From Planctomycetota bacterium (lineage in GTDB: Bacteria > Planctomycetota > Phycisphaerae > UBA1845 > Fen-1342), in NCBI GenBank assembly GCA_043820985.1, contig JBDRDH010000032.1, positions 4,480 through 68,479 of the forward strand: 64,000 nucleotides of DNA, read 5' to 3'. The position numbers and the translations under genes were made by a program. Positions 26,039-34,923 of the stretch are shown piece by piece. The notes under the pieces are model-generated. The model was not told where the DNA came from. It saw nothing but the letters and a program-made list of their open reading frames with translations, and did not search any database. Each line of letters opens with the position of its first letter. Positions within the stretch are counted from its first letter, which is position 1.

Positions 26039-27037
26039 TTAGCCCGCCAGAATCCCATCCTCCAGCACGCAGCGCAGCTTGCCCAGCGCTTTGTTTTGTA
26101 TCTGGCGCACGCGCTCTTTGGTGACGCCGATCATCATCCCGACTTGCTCGAGCGTTTTGGCCCGCGGATCGGATTCCGACATGGTTTCTTCGTCGTCTAG
26201 CGCGAAGCGTGCTCGGATGACGCGCTCTTCAACCTCGCTGAGTTTTGCCAGGTTGCTGTCTATAATCGTTTTCAGTTCATCCACGCAATCATCCTCGACG
26301 GTACCGCGCTTATGTTCCAGGAAGTCACTCTTCTCCAGGTTCGGGTCAAACTCCGTCGGGAAGTGCCCGCGATAGCGCGCCGTCCGCATGGCCACGCGCG
26401 AGAAACTCTTCAAAATAGCCCGGCAGGCATACGTGCTGAACTTGAATCCCCGCGCGCAATCGAACTTGTCCACGCTACGCAGTAAAGCCAAATTGCCTTC
26501 GCTAACCAGATCGGCAAAGTCCACGTTCGAGACCCGCGCCCGCTTGGCCATCGCCAAAACGAGGGGCATGTTCACACGCATCAGATCCTCGCGTGTTTCG
26601 CGGGTGGCGTGTTCCCAGCGCAACAGCTCGCGGGTGGCCTCGGCCGTCAGACGCTTATCAGCGAACTCTTTTATCACTTGCATCACACGATAGCGGCAGT
26701 AGTTCAGCCGCCGAAACATGTGATGTTCCTGCTCGGTGTTCAGCGCGCCATTCCGCGGCCGCCTGAGGAGGTCAGCACCACTATCATCATTGCCGCCAGA
26801 CACCTTGGACTGACTGCGTGTGGGCTGTTGCGGCATCGGTTCCAGCAGTATGGCCGCGCTACGTGGATCCTCAAACATCGGATCGAATACGCACTCGGCT
26901 ATCTCGGACAGACGCCGTTTCAGGCAGCGTCGATCAACGGCCGTCAGCTCCCCAAGCACCGCTGCCGACGGCGCCTTCGCTGTTGGCTCCATCTTTTGGA
27001 GGCGGGTTGGCGCCTCATCATTCTGAGCTGGAAGCAT
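26039..27037 (-). CDS. sigma-70 family RNA polymerase sigma factor (non-ECF, about 100-aa non-conserved N-terminus)
   Basis: Region 2 (DLVSEGNLALLRSVDKFDCARGFKFSTYACRAILKSF) and region 4 (TLEQVGMMIGVTKERVRQIQNKALGKLR). Confidence 0.85.
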   Translation of the reverse strand: MLPAQNDEAPTRLQKMEPTAKAPSAAVLGELTAVDRRCLKRRLSEIAECVFDPMFEDPRSAAILLEPMPQQPTRSQSKVSGGNDDSGADLLRRPRNGALNTEQEHHMFRRLNYCRYRVMQVIKEFADKRLTAEATRELLRWEHATRETREDLMRVNMPLVLAMAKRARVSNVDFADLVSEGNLALLRSVDKFDCARGFKFSTYACRAILKSFSRVAMRTARYRGHFPTEFDPNLEKSDFLEHKRGTVEDDCVDELKTIIDSNLAKLSEVEERVIRARFALDDEETMSESDPRAKTLEQVGMMIGVTKERVRQIQNKALGKLRCVLEDGILAG

Positions 27038-27463
27038 GATCGCTCCTCGCTGAGTTCACCGGTCACGATCCACTGGCCGGTGGGATCCGCCCGAATCACG
27101 AGTATGCGCGCGATAGCGCATGTCGTATCAGACGTATCACAATACAATGTCAACCTGAAGCCTTACGCCCAGCCTGTGGGGAGCCAAGAACTTGGCCGGG
27201 CTTGGCAACTATGGGGAGCCTTACAAAGGAAGTATAACGTACTTTACCGACAGTCGCAACCTATTACGTCCAATATGGCTCCCTCTGGCATGTATTGGCG
27301 ATCCTCGCCGCGCAAATGACAAGACTGGAGATACTTAAGAACGCCAACAAACCGCGGCTTATTGATGCAACTGGAACATGCAGGTCTTCCAATCGCTATT
27401 TGAATCCAAAGTGTCCACTGTGTGCCGCGAAATTGCGAAACCTAATGTCCTATAAACAGGAAG

Positions 27464-28150
27464 CTATTCACGATGTGTCAGCCTGAACATACGTCCGCAA
27501 ACCATCCGCTGACTCTCGGAATCTTCACCTTCTACTGGATTCACCTCCACCGCTAGTCCGCAATGACGGGCAACCGTATCGAAATCGTCGGCTGTCGAGC
27601 GGTTCGCGTCACAAATCAGCGCAAAGCCAGTAGGACTAAGGTGTTGGCGAATGAACTCCGCGATCGGCCTCAGACTGCGTGTCTCATATAGAATGTCTGC
27701 CGCTACCAGCCGATCAACACATAAAGCCGGATATATCTCGCGCCAATCCACGAAACGTGTCTCTGGAAACGGTAGACCATTGTGCCTGGCACTCTCCAAT
27801 ACAAAGGCCAGCGCGTCGTCATCGTAGTCTGACATGATTACGTGGTAACCCAGTTGTAGTGCCGCCAGGCCCACTACTCCCAAACCACAGCCGATTTCCA
27901 GAACCATAGGTGGCTCCGTGAACGTGTCGGCGGCTGGCCACTTGGCTACTTCATTCGTTAGTAACAGCGAAGCCGGCCAGAACTCCGCCCAGTATGGCAG
28001 GTACTCATCCTCCTCAAAACGAGCTACCACCCGCGGATCGTCAACCAGAGACTCGTAGTTGGCGGGCCCCAGTATCTCCAGGTCCACGTCGCCGACCCGT
28101 ACGCGCCGACGCTTTGCGGGATAACCTTGAAACCATTCCACTGAAGACAT
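27464..28150 (-). CDS. class I SAM-dependent methyltransferase (Methyltransf_16 / protein-lysine-MTase-like)
   Basis: Motif I VLEIGCGLGVVGLAALQLGYHVIMSDYD. Confidence 0.7.
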   Translation of the reverse strand: MSSVEWFQGYPAKRRRVRVGDVDLEILGPANYESLVDDPRVVARFEEDEYLPYWAEFWPASLLLTNEVAKWPAADTFTEPPMVLEIGCGLGVVGLAALQLGYHVIMSDYDDDALAFVLESARHNGLPFPETRFVDWREIYPALCVDRLVAADILYETRSLRPIAEFIRQHLSPTGFALICDANRSTADDFDTVARHCGLAVEVNPVEGEDSESQRMVCGRMFRLTHRE

Positions 28151-28265
28151 ATGACTTTCCCGGTTGGGTTCACTAAGATGGTTTCTGGCGTCCGAACGAT
28201 TGCAGATTCGCGCATGAATCTCTCAACGTATTATCCGTCGCGGGAAAAGGCCGGCAACCTGGAGA

Positions 28266-28805
28266 ATGGTCGTGGCGCTTAAGCCTGTTCAACTTACCGC
28301 CGACCCCACACTTCTCCGACTTGCGCCCTTTAATCCTGACCAGGCGGAGTTCATTGTATCCTGGGTGCGCGATGCGCATGAAGCCCTCTGGCTGGCGCCG
28401 AACACCAAGCCTCCCTTGACGGTTGAACGCGTCCGTCAGTGGCGCGCCCACGGACACGAGCAGTTGGCGCTTGTGCATCCTGAAGAGTCACAACCCTTGG
28501 CGTATGGCGAACTTAACGTGCTGCGTGCCACGCAGCAACACTACTGGCTTGGTCATCTGATCGTCAATCCCGAGTTGCGTGGTCGTGGCGTGGGGCGTGC
28601 CCTCACACTTCAATTGCTAAGCCGCGCTTTTAATATGCGCGGCGCACTCCAGGTCAGTCTGGTCGTCTTTCCAGACAATCTCGCCGCGATTGCCTGTTAC
28701 CGTGCCGCCGGCATGCGCGAGGATGGCTATGAATCACATGAAGTCCCCGCCTGCGGTGGTTACCAGAAACTTTTGCGGATGGTTGTCTATCCACCGCCAG
28801 ATTAA
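28266..28805 (+). CDS. GNAT-family N-acetyltransferase
   Basis: Acetyl-CoA-binding motif A LIVNPELRGRGVGRALTLQLL. A GGAG lies just upstream of the ATG. Confidence 0.75.
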   Translation: MVVALKPVQLTADPTLLRLAPFNPDQAEFIVSWVRDAHEALWLAPNTKPPLTVERVRQWRAHGHEQLALVHPEESQPLAYGELNVLRATQQHYWLGHLIVNPELRGRGVGRALTLQLLSRAFNMRGALQVSLVVFPDNLAAIACYRAAGMREDGYESHEVPACGGYQKLLRMVVYPPPD

Positions 28806-28949
28806 GCACTTAAGCAAAGCCGCAACTCTAGAATATCTAGATAGAACGGTGTCGACAGCACTATTCTCGGATTCAACGTGTCGTAATATGTGGCCCCGGT
28901 TGGGCTTCTTTCAACAAAACAGCTCGGGAAACCGCCAATCGCGCAAACG

Positions 28950-28965
28950 TGTTTCACGTGAAACA
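28950..28965. promoter_or_regulatory. parS centromere site (perfect consensus)
   Basis: TGTTTCACGTGAAACA is a 16/16 match to the canonical TGTTNCACGTGAAACA. It is embedded in a longer near-palindrome at 28941-28975. Confidence 0.9.
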
Positions 28966-28991
28966 CATTTGCGCGGCTTCATGGATCAGTA

Positions 28992-29855
28992 TTAACCAGC
29001 TTTGAGAAATATGCCGGCTGCATAACCAACAGAATTGACTGCCTGAACCCCCTCGCCCCGTTCAATGTCGGCGCTGCATGTATGCTCGAGCTCTACATAC
29101 CGCGTGCAGCCCAGCTCGTGCATCGCCCCGATCATCGCCGCTACCGCCCCTGCGCCACATGCGTTGTGGTTAATCGCGGCTTCGGAAACCACCGACCCCG
29201 CCTCCATCCGTACGACCAGGTCGATGAATCGCCGATCGTTAACCTCTTTCGCCCAGCGTACACCCTCGCGGCCATGGCCATGCGGCTCGAAGCCAAACGA
29301 CGGCCCATAGTGGGTCAGGTCTGTTGACGCCAAAAAGGCCACTCGACGTTCGGATTTGTTGGCCTGCCGCCCACAAAAACGACCGACATCTTCCGCGGCC
29401 TGCTCTGGCAAGACCGCGATCGGCACAATCTTCACATCCGGAATCAACCGCTGGATAAAGGGCAACTGCACCTCAATGGCATGTTCGTGGCGATGCGGTG
29501 CCGGATCTGCCACCAGACCTGCCCCAGATGTCAGTTGATCCGCCAACTCACTGTCAATTTCCAGTTTTCCAAGGGGTGTTTCCCAGATGCCAGCGGCATA
29601 AACACTGGCCGGATTACGAGAGCCGCTATGCGTGGCACCGAAGATCACGACCGTTTCTGGTTTGTACGCCGCCACGCCGGCGATTCCGCGGGCCGCAGTC
29701 CGGCCGCTGTATACCCAGCCGGCATGCGGAACTATGGCCCCCGGGGCGGCGGGTGTGTCGACGCCGAGGAGCATCTCGTCAACCATGCGGCCACATGTTT
29801 CCGGATCCGAGGGGTAAAACCGACCGGCCACCGCCGGTTGACGCTTGCCGAACAT
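28992..29855 (-). CDS. MEMO1-family protein (AmmeMemoRadiSam system protein B-like)
   Basis: GRFYPSDPE, IVPHAGWVYSG and STDLTHYG motifs. The start lies 5 nt after the parB stop. Confidence 0.85.
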   Translation of the reverse strand: MFGKRQPAVAGRFYPSDPETCGRMVDEMLLGVDTPAAPGAIVPHAGWVYSGRTAARGIAGVAAYKPETVVIFGATHSGSRNPASVYAAGIWETPLGKLEIDSELADQLTSGAGLVADPAPHRHEHAIEVQLPFIQRLIPDVKIVPIAVLPEQAAEDVGRFCGRQANKSERRVAFLASTDLTHYGPSFGFEPHGHGREGVRWAKEVNDRRFIDLVVRMEAGSVVSEAAINHNACGAGAVAAMIGAMHELGCTRYVELEHTCSADIERGEGVQAVNSVGYAAGIFLKAG

Positions 29856-29860
29856 CGCAA

Positions 29861-30778
29861 TTACTCCACGGCCTTGGAGCTGCCCAGCAACTCTGACAGG
29901 TGGTCAAACTCTTCCAGGTTGCGATAAGCAATTACTACCCGGCCGGCGTTTTTCCTGCGACCAGGTTGCAGCTTGACCGACAGGCCGACCGCACGGCTTA
30001 AGTTTTGCTCGACTTCGGCGAGATGTCGAGGCAAACCGCTGGGAGTTTTCTCGGGTGTTTCTGTTGGCGTGGATGCAACGCTGGTGGCGTTTTTGGCTAA
30101 CTCTTCAACCTGACGGACGGCGAGATTGCGACGAACCGCCAGGCGAGCGACAGCTAGCTGGCGCTGTTGGTCCTCGATGCCGGCGATGGCGCGGGCCTGG
30201 CCCATGCCGAGCTGGTCGGAGATGATCATTTCGCGGATTTCTGATTGTAATTTTAGTAACCGCAAGTAGTTAACAATGTTGGCGCGGCTTTCGCCGATGC
30301 GTCGGGACAGCTTCTCGATCGAGACGCCCATGGTTTCGACGTATTCGTTGTAGGCGGTGGCGCGTTCGATGGCGTTGAGATCCTCGCGTTGAAGGTTCTC
30401 GATCAGGGCTAGCTCGAGAGCTTCCGAATCGGACACTTCGCGGATGATGGCGGGCAGGAGTTTCAGGCCGGCGACCTGGGCGGCCCGCCAGCGGCGTTCA
30501 CCCGCGACGAGTTCGTATAGACCATCGCCGATGGGTCGCACGATGATTGGCTGCAGGATCCCATGGGCGCGGATGGAGTCGGACAACTCGCGGATCGACG
30601 CTTCGTCGAATGAGTTGCGAGGTTGATGAGGATTAGGCTGGATGGCGTCGGCGGGCAGATGTGTGATGTCACCCGATGGCGAGTCCGTTTTGGCCGGAAC
30701 CGTCGCCGATCGTTTTTCACGGGGCGCGATCAAGGCGTTAAGGCCGCGCGCGAGTCTGGGAGCAGGGGGTTTAGGCAT
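29861..30778 (-). CDS. parB: chromosome-partitioning protein ParB
   Basis: ParB boxes PIIVRP...YELVAGERRWRAA and the HTH region LIENLQREDLNAIERA. Confidence 0.9.
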   Translation of the reverse strand: MPKPPAPRLARGLNALIAPREKRSATVPAKTDSPSGDITHLPADAIQPNPHQPRNSFDEASIRELSDSIRAHGILQPIIVRPIGDGLYELVAGERRWRAAQVAGLKLLPAIIREVSDSEALELALIENLQREDLNAIERATAYNEYVETMGVSIEKLSRRIGESRANIVNYLRLLKLQSEIREMIISDQLGMGQARAIAGIEDQQRQLAVARLAVRRNLAVRQVEELAKNATSVASTPTETPEKTPSGLPRHLAEVEQNLSRAVGLSVKLQPGRRKNAGRVVIAYRNLEEFDHLSELLGSSKAVE

Positions 30779-30894
30779 GTTAATTCTCCTGGTTTAGCAC
30801 AAGATATGGCTGATGAGTCAGCGTTGTCAACTGGATATTGCGCCAGGAGTTGTCCAATGCGGTTCTTTGCCAGCATTCTTTCTGCAAGTAACGC

Positions 30895-30910
30895 TGTTTC
30901 ACGTGAAACA
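30895..30910. promoter_or_regulatory. parS centromere site (perfect consensus)
   Basis: TGTTTCACGTGAAACA lies about 120 nt upstream of the parB start codon. Confidence 0.9.
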
Positions 30911-31043
30911 AGTTTGTCGCGGAGCGCCCGCTTACTATAGTAAACCTAGAACATCTAGCCACAGAGACACAGAGAGCGCGGAGGGCGCCGAGAAAATATA
31001 TGGCGCCAAATGTTTGTATACTGAACTCACGGGAGATGGCGTA

Positions 31044-31319
31044 ATGACAGATAGCCGAAGTGATTCTGTTGCCGAGCAGCGTGAGGCGCTTGGGGAAGCG
31101 TTGTGTCTGCGTGATTATACGACAGCCGATAGATTGATCGCTCAAGGGATTCAACTAGACGACGTCTTGGAAGAAACTGGCATCAGTTACTTACATCATG
31201 CGGCGCATGCCATGCAATTGTCTAATGGCGCCGAGTGCCAATTGATACAAGTAGATGGATGGTGTCGAGACCTGCGCGTATTGCCTGCTCAGTGTCTGGA
31301 TAAGTTTGAGATTGAGTAG
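31044..31319 (+). CDS. small hypothetical protein with one ankyrin-like repeat (weak)
   Basis: ATG at 31044 preceded by GGGAG. LIAQGIQLDDVLEETGISYLHHAAH resembles the ankyrin consensus. It lies in a lower-GC, gene-poor stretch. Confidence 0.3.
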   Translation: MTDSRSDSVAEQREALGEALCLRDYTTADRLIAQGIQLDDVLEETGISYLHHAAHAMQLSNGAECQLIQVDGWCRDLRVLPAQCLDKFEIE

Positions 31320-31686
31320 CCTTTTTAACAACTGAGGAGGGCAAAGCCCGGAATTCTGGGACGACACACGTTATGCAATGGTGTCGCCGGGTAGATGGGA
31401 CGGATCGACCGAGGCCGACGGTGACGGGCAAGTGCGGAAACATCTTCCGCAGAAAAACCTCGATCGACTCGCTTGACACGTACCGCATCATAGATGTCCC
31501 CGGAATTGCCACTAGCGGCGGAGGAAATGGAAGACGCTTCGTAATCTGGTGAGCGGCGCTCACGCTTTCAATCGATGGTGGTCGGGGCTATGATTGCGGG
31601 GGTCAAGGGCGGTCTGCGAATGCGCGCCGCGGCGGGCTCGGGTCGCCGGGCAGGTTCCCGCGTGATCATCAGGAGCCGCGCAGACC

Positions 31687-33222
31687 GTGACACCCGTGGA
31701 ACACGCGAGGAAGTGGATGGCGTGGCGAGAGAGAGCACCGGGGGCAAACAGATCATGCCGGCGGTACCGTCGTGCGCTGGCGCGACGCGGGGTAAGTCGC
31801 CTGATGGTCGCTGTGGGGCTCGTGCTGTTTCTGTCCGCGTGTCGGCAGTCGGAGCAACCCGGGTCGGCCGCGACCGCCAAGCCCGGGCTGGAAGACAAAC
31901 CGAACGTGGTCCTCATCACGTTGGACACGCTGCGCGCGGACCATCTCGGCTGCTACGGTTACGGGCCGGCGCGCACGCCGAACATCGACCGTTTTGCGGC
32001 GTCGGCGGTGCGCTTCGAGCTGGCCGTGACGGTCTCCAACAACACGTTTCCGTCGCACGCGGCGATGCTGATCGGCAAACACCCGCAGAGCTTCGGGGTG
32101 CCGCGCAACGGATTCAAGCTGCCGCCGGGGAACGCCACGCTGGCGACGATCCTCAAGTCGCAGGGTTACGAGACGGCGGCGTTTGTGAGTGCCTCCGTGC
32201 TCGAATCGTCGATGGGGTTGGCGCCGGGCTTCGACGTCTATGACCAGGCGTTCGACACGCGGGAGATTGACCAGGTTCAACGGCGGGCATCCGCGACGAC
32301 GCCGGCCGTGATGGCGTGGTTGAAGCAACGCGGGGCGAAGCCGTTCTTCCTGTGGCTACATTACTTTGACCCGCACTATCCCTACACGCCGCCGGCACCT
32401 TACGACGATCTGTTCTATCCTGAGTACGAAGGTCCAGCGGATGGGTCGATCGAGTACCTCTCTGGCGTGGCCGGCGTGCGTGGTTTCCCGAAGCACGAGA
32501 CGTCGCCGGAGGATTTCCGCCGGCTCGTGGCGCTCTACGATGGTGAAATCGCCTTTCTGGACGCGAACCTGGGCCCGGTGTTCGATCTTCTGGCGGAAGA
32601 GCATCACCGGCAGCGCACGGTCGTCGTCGTCGTCGCGGACCACGGTGAAAGCCTCACGGAGCACGACTACTACTTCGACCACGGCGAGTTCACGTATCAG
32701 CCGAGCATGCACGTGCCGCTGATCATTCGGCCGCTGGGCTACGACGCGCAGAAGGGCTCGGGCGTGGCGGCGGAGCAGGTTGAAACGATCGACATCTTCA
32801 CCACGGTGCTGGCGCAGGTTGGCCTCCCGGTTCCCGCGGGCACCGAGGGTCGTGACCTGACGCCACTGTGTCGGGGCGAGGCCGGCTGGGTCCGGAAGTT
32901 GTGCTTCGGCGAGGGGTGCCGGCCCTGGGGTGTGGAGCGGATGAACCCGGGCGCGTGGGCCAACCTGGGCAAATGTCAGTTCGCGCTCGACTTTCCGTGG
33001 AAGCTGATCCTGACGCCCTACAAGCGCGCCGCGGAGTTGTACCGCCTGGACCTGGATCCCGGCGAGCTGCACAACGTGGCCCGAGAAGAAGGTGATGTAA
33101 CCCGTCGGCTGGCAGAGGAAGCAGAGCGGTGGCGTCAGCGGGCCATCCAGGCACCGGGAGTGCAGGATCCGGCCAACATGCGGAAGCTCCGCTCGCTGGG
33201 CTATGTCGGGGATGATCCCTAG
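31687..33222 (+). CDS. sulfatase-family (alkaline-phosphatase superfamily) hydrolase, lipoprotein-like
   Basis: VVLITLDTLRADHLGCYGY, TPNIDRF, VVVADHGE and lipobox-like LFLSAC. The nucleophile position reads TFPSH rather than C/SxPxR. The start is uncertain (31687, 31717 or 31804). Confidence 0.85.
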   Translation: MTPVEHARKWMAWRERAPGANRSCRRYRRALARRGVSRLMVAVGLVLFLSACRQSEQPGSAATAKPGLEDKPNVVLITLDTLRADHLGCYGYGPARTPNIDRFAASAVRFELAVTVSNNTFPSHAAMLIGKHPQSFGVPRNGFKLPPGNATLATILKSQGYETAAFVSASVLESSMGLAPGFDVYDQAFDTREIDQVQRRASATTPAVMAWLKQRGAKPFFLWLHYFDPHYPYTPPAPYDDLFYPEYEGPADGSIEYLSGVAGVRGFPKHETSPEDFRRLVALYDGEIAFLDANLGPVFDLLAEEHHRQRTVVVVVADHGESLTEHDYYFDHGEFTYQPSMHVPLIIRPLGYDAQKGSGVAAEQVETIDIFTTVLAQVGLPVPAGTEGRDLTPLCRGEAGWVRKLCFGEGCRPWGVERMNPGAWANLGKCQFALDFPWKLILTPYKRAAELYRLDLDPGELHNVAREEGDVTRRLAEEAERWRQRAIQAPGVQDPANMRKLRSLGYVGDDP

Positions 33223-33240
33223 CAGCCCGTGGTGAAAGTC
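33223..33240. repeat. IS left terminal inverted repeat
   Basis: CAGCCCGTGGTGAAAGTC. Confidence 0.8.
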
Positions 33241-33303
33241 AGATATCCATGTTATACTCCGTCCATCATTGGAGCACATTGATCGGCGAGGTCAGGGAGG
33301 ACT

Positions 33304-34677
33304 ATGATGGCCATGGGGCAACGGAGACGGGAGCGTCAAGAGACGTTCTGGATTCCGACCAGCGAACTGCCGCAGACGCCCGGACACCCCTTCTACGAGC
33401 AGCTGAACAAGATTCTGGATGGCCAGGGGTTTGACCGCTTCGTCGAGGAGCGGTGCCGGAAGTTCTATGCCGACAAGATGGGTCGTCCGTCATTGCCGCC
33501 GGCGATCTACTTTCGCATGCTGCTGGTCGGCTACTTCGAGGGAATCGACTCCGAGCGCGGCATTGCCTGGCGGGTGGCGGACTCGATGGCTCTGCGTCGC
33601 TTTCTGGGTTACGGGTTGACCGATCAGACGACCGACCATTCCTCGCTGAGCCGCAACCGTCGGCTGATCGATCTGGAGACGCACCAGGAAGTCTTCGTGT
33701 GGGTGCTGCAGGTTCTGGCTCGCGAGAAGCTGTTGGACGGCAAGACGCTGGGCATTGACGCTACGACTCTGGAGGCCAATGCGGCTCTGCGGAGCATCGT
33801 TCGTAAGGACACGGGCGATAGCTATCAGGAGTTCCTGACGCAGTTGGCAAAGGCCAGCGGGGTCGAAACGCCGACGCGGGAGGACTTGGCCCGCATCGAC
33901 AAGAATCGCAAGCACAAAGGGTCGAACGACGATTGGGAGCATCCACACGATCCGGATGCCAAGATCACCAAGATGAAGGATGGCCGCACTCATTTGGCCC
34001 ACAAAGCCGAGCACGCAGTGGACTTGCAGAGCGGTGCGATCGTGGCGGTGACGCTTCAGCCGGCCAATCGAGGCGACACGACCAGCATCGCAGAGACGAT
34101 TAAACAGGTTGATGAGAATCTGGTCGGCGTCATGGAAGACGAGCCCGCGTGTGAGCAGTTGAGCGAGTCGGTTCTGTCGGAAGTGGTGGCCGACAAGGGC
34201 TACCACAGCAACGCGGTTTTGAAAGAACAACGCGAGTCAGGCATCCGCAGCTACATCTCCGAGCCGGACCGCGGCCGTCGCCACTGGCAGGGCAAGCGTG
34301 CCGAACGTGACGCGGTGTATGCCAACCGTAGACGCATTCGCGGTCAGCGCGGGCAACGTTTGCGTGCCAAGCGTGCCGAGCTTCCGGAGCGCAGCTTCGC
34401 CCACTGTTACGACACCGGCGGTATGCGGCGAACGCATCTGCGGGGGCATCCGAACATATTGAAACGGTTGCTGATCCACGTGGCCGGTTTCAACCTGGGC
34501 TTGGTCATGCGCCGAGCCCTGGGATTCGGGACGGCGCGTGGCTTCCAGGGCCTTGCGGTCCGGATTCGCGCTGTGTTGGTATTGTGCAGGGCTCAACTGC
34601 GGCTCATCGGGCCACTGGCAGCCGCGTTAGGGCGTCCATCGTTGAATGGACGACCGATGACCCGGTTGGCCGCCTGA
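33304..34677 (+). CDS. IS5/IS1182-family DDE transposase
   Basis: DUF772-type N-terminus (GRPSLPPAIYFRMLLVGYFEGIDSERGIAWR). Catalytic-region motifs LGIDATTLEANA, VVADKGYHS and ERSFAHCYDTGGMRR. No frameshift or internal stop. Confidence 0.9.
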   Translation: MMAMGQRRRERQETFWIPTSELPQTPGHPFYEQLNKILDGQGFDRFVEERCRKFYADKMGRPSLPPAIYFRMLLVGYFEGIDSERGIAWRVADSMALRRFLGYGLTDQTTDHSSLSRNRRLIDLETHQEVFVWVLQVLAREKLLDGKTLGIDATTLEANAALRSIVRKDTGDSYQEFLTQLAKASGVETPTREDLARIDKNRKHKGSNDDWEHPHDPDAKITKMKDGRTHLAHKAEHAVDLQSGAIVAVTLQPANRGDTTSIAETIKQVDENLVGVMEDEPACEQLSESVLSEVVADKGYHSNAVLKEQRESGIRSYISEPDRGRRHWQGKRAERDAVYANRRRIRGQRGQRLRAKRAELPERSFAHCYDTGGMRRTHLRGHPNILKRLLIHVAGFNLGLVMRRALGFGTARGFQGLAVRIRAVLVLCRAQLRLIGPLAAALGRPSLNGRPMTRLAA

Positions 34678-34699
34678 ACCAAACGCCGCCGTACAAACC

Positions 34700-34717
34700 G
34701 ACTTCTACCACGGGCTG
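34700..34717. repeat. IS right terminal inverted repeat
   Basis: GACTTCTACCACGGGCTG, whose reverse complement is CAGCCCGTGGTAGAAGTC. Confidence 0.8.
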
Positions 34718-34923
34718 CTAGGCCGACTTTACCGCCCCGATGGCGTAAGTGCCATCCCCGCAAGGTGATAGGTTCGGTTTTCTGTATGACCTATGTCTTG
34801 TGGTAGCGTTCCAACCCGAGGGTTTCGTACATGGTGCGTTAATTCTGGGGACAGTATACGTAATTCAATGGTGCCGCCGGTGGGATGGGACCAGAGAGAG
34901 TGAGGGTGGGAGGATCCGAGGTT

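Larger units (their letters stand above)
33223..34717 (+). mobile_element. IS5/IS1182-type insertion sequence, apparently intact (about 1.5 kb)
   Basis: A single DDE transposase ORF is bounded by 18-bp terminal inverted repeats (16/18 identical) and flanked by CTAG on both sides (33219-33222 and 34718-34721). Confidence 0.85.

Noticed and set aside
25666-26124. 152-aa plus-strand ORF in the region downstream of the sigma gene.
   Set aside because: It overlaps the 3' end of the sigma gene, has no SD or motif support, and shows mixed composition.
28806-31686. oriC / DnaA-box cluster near parS.
   Set aside because: I found no cluster of TTATCCACA-like boxes and no dnaA or dnaN nearby. Origin proximity is only inferred from parS/parB.
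31575-32243. 222-aa plus-strand and 122-aa minus-strand (31560-31928) ORFs upstream of and overlapping the sulfatase start.
   Set aside because: They are Arg/Gly-rich shadow ORFs in alternative frames of the sulfatase 5' region.
32356-33279. 307-aa ORF on the minus strand.
   Set aside because: It is antisense to the sulfatase-family gene and has shadow-ORF composition.
33490-34230. 246-aa ORF on the minus strand inside the IS.
   Set aside because: It is antisense to the intact DDE transposase and has no independent support.
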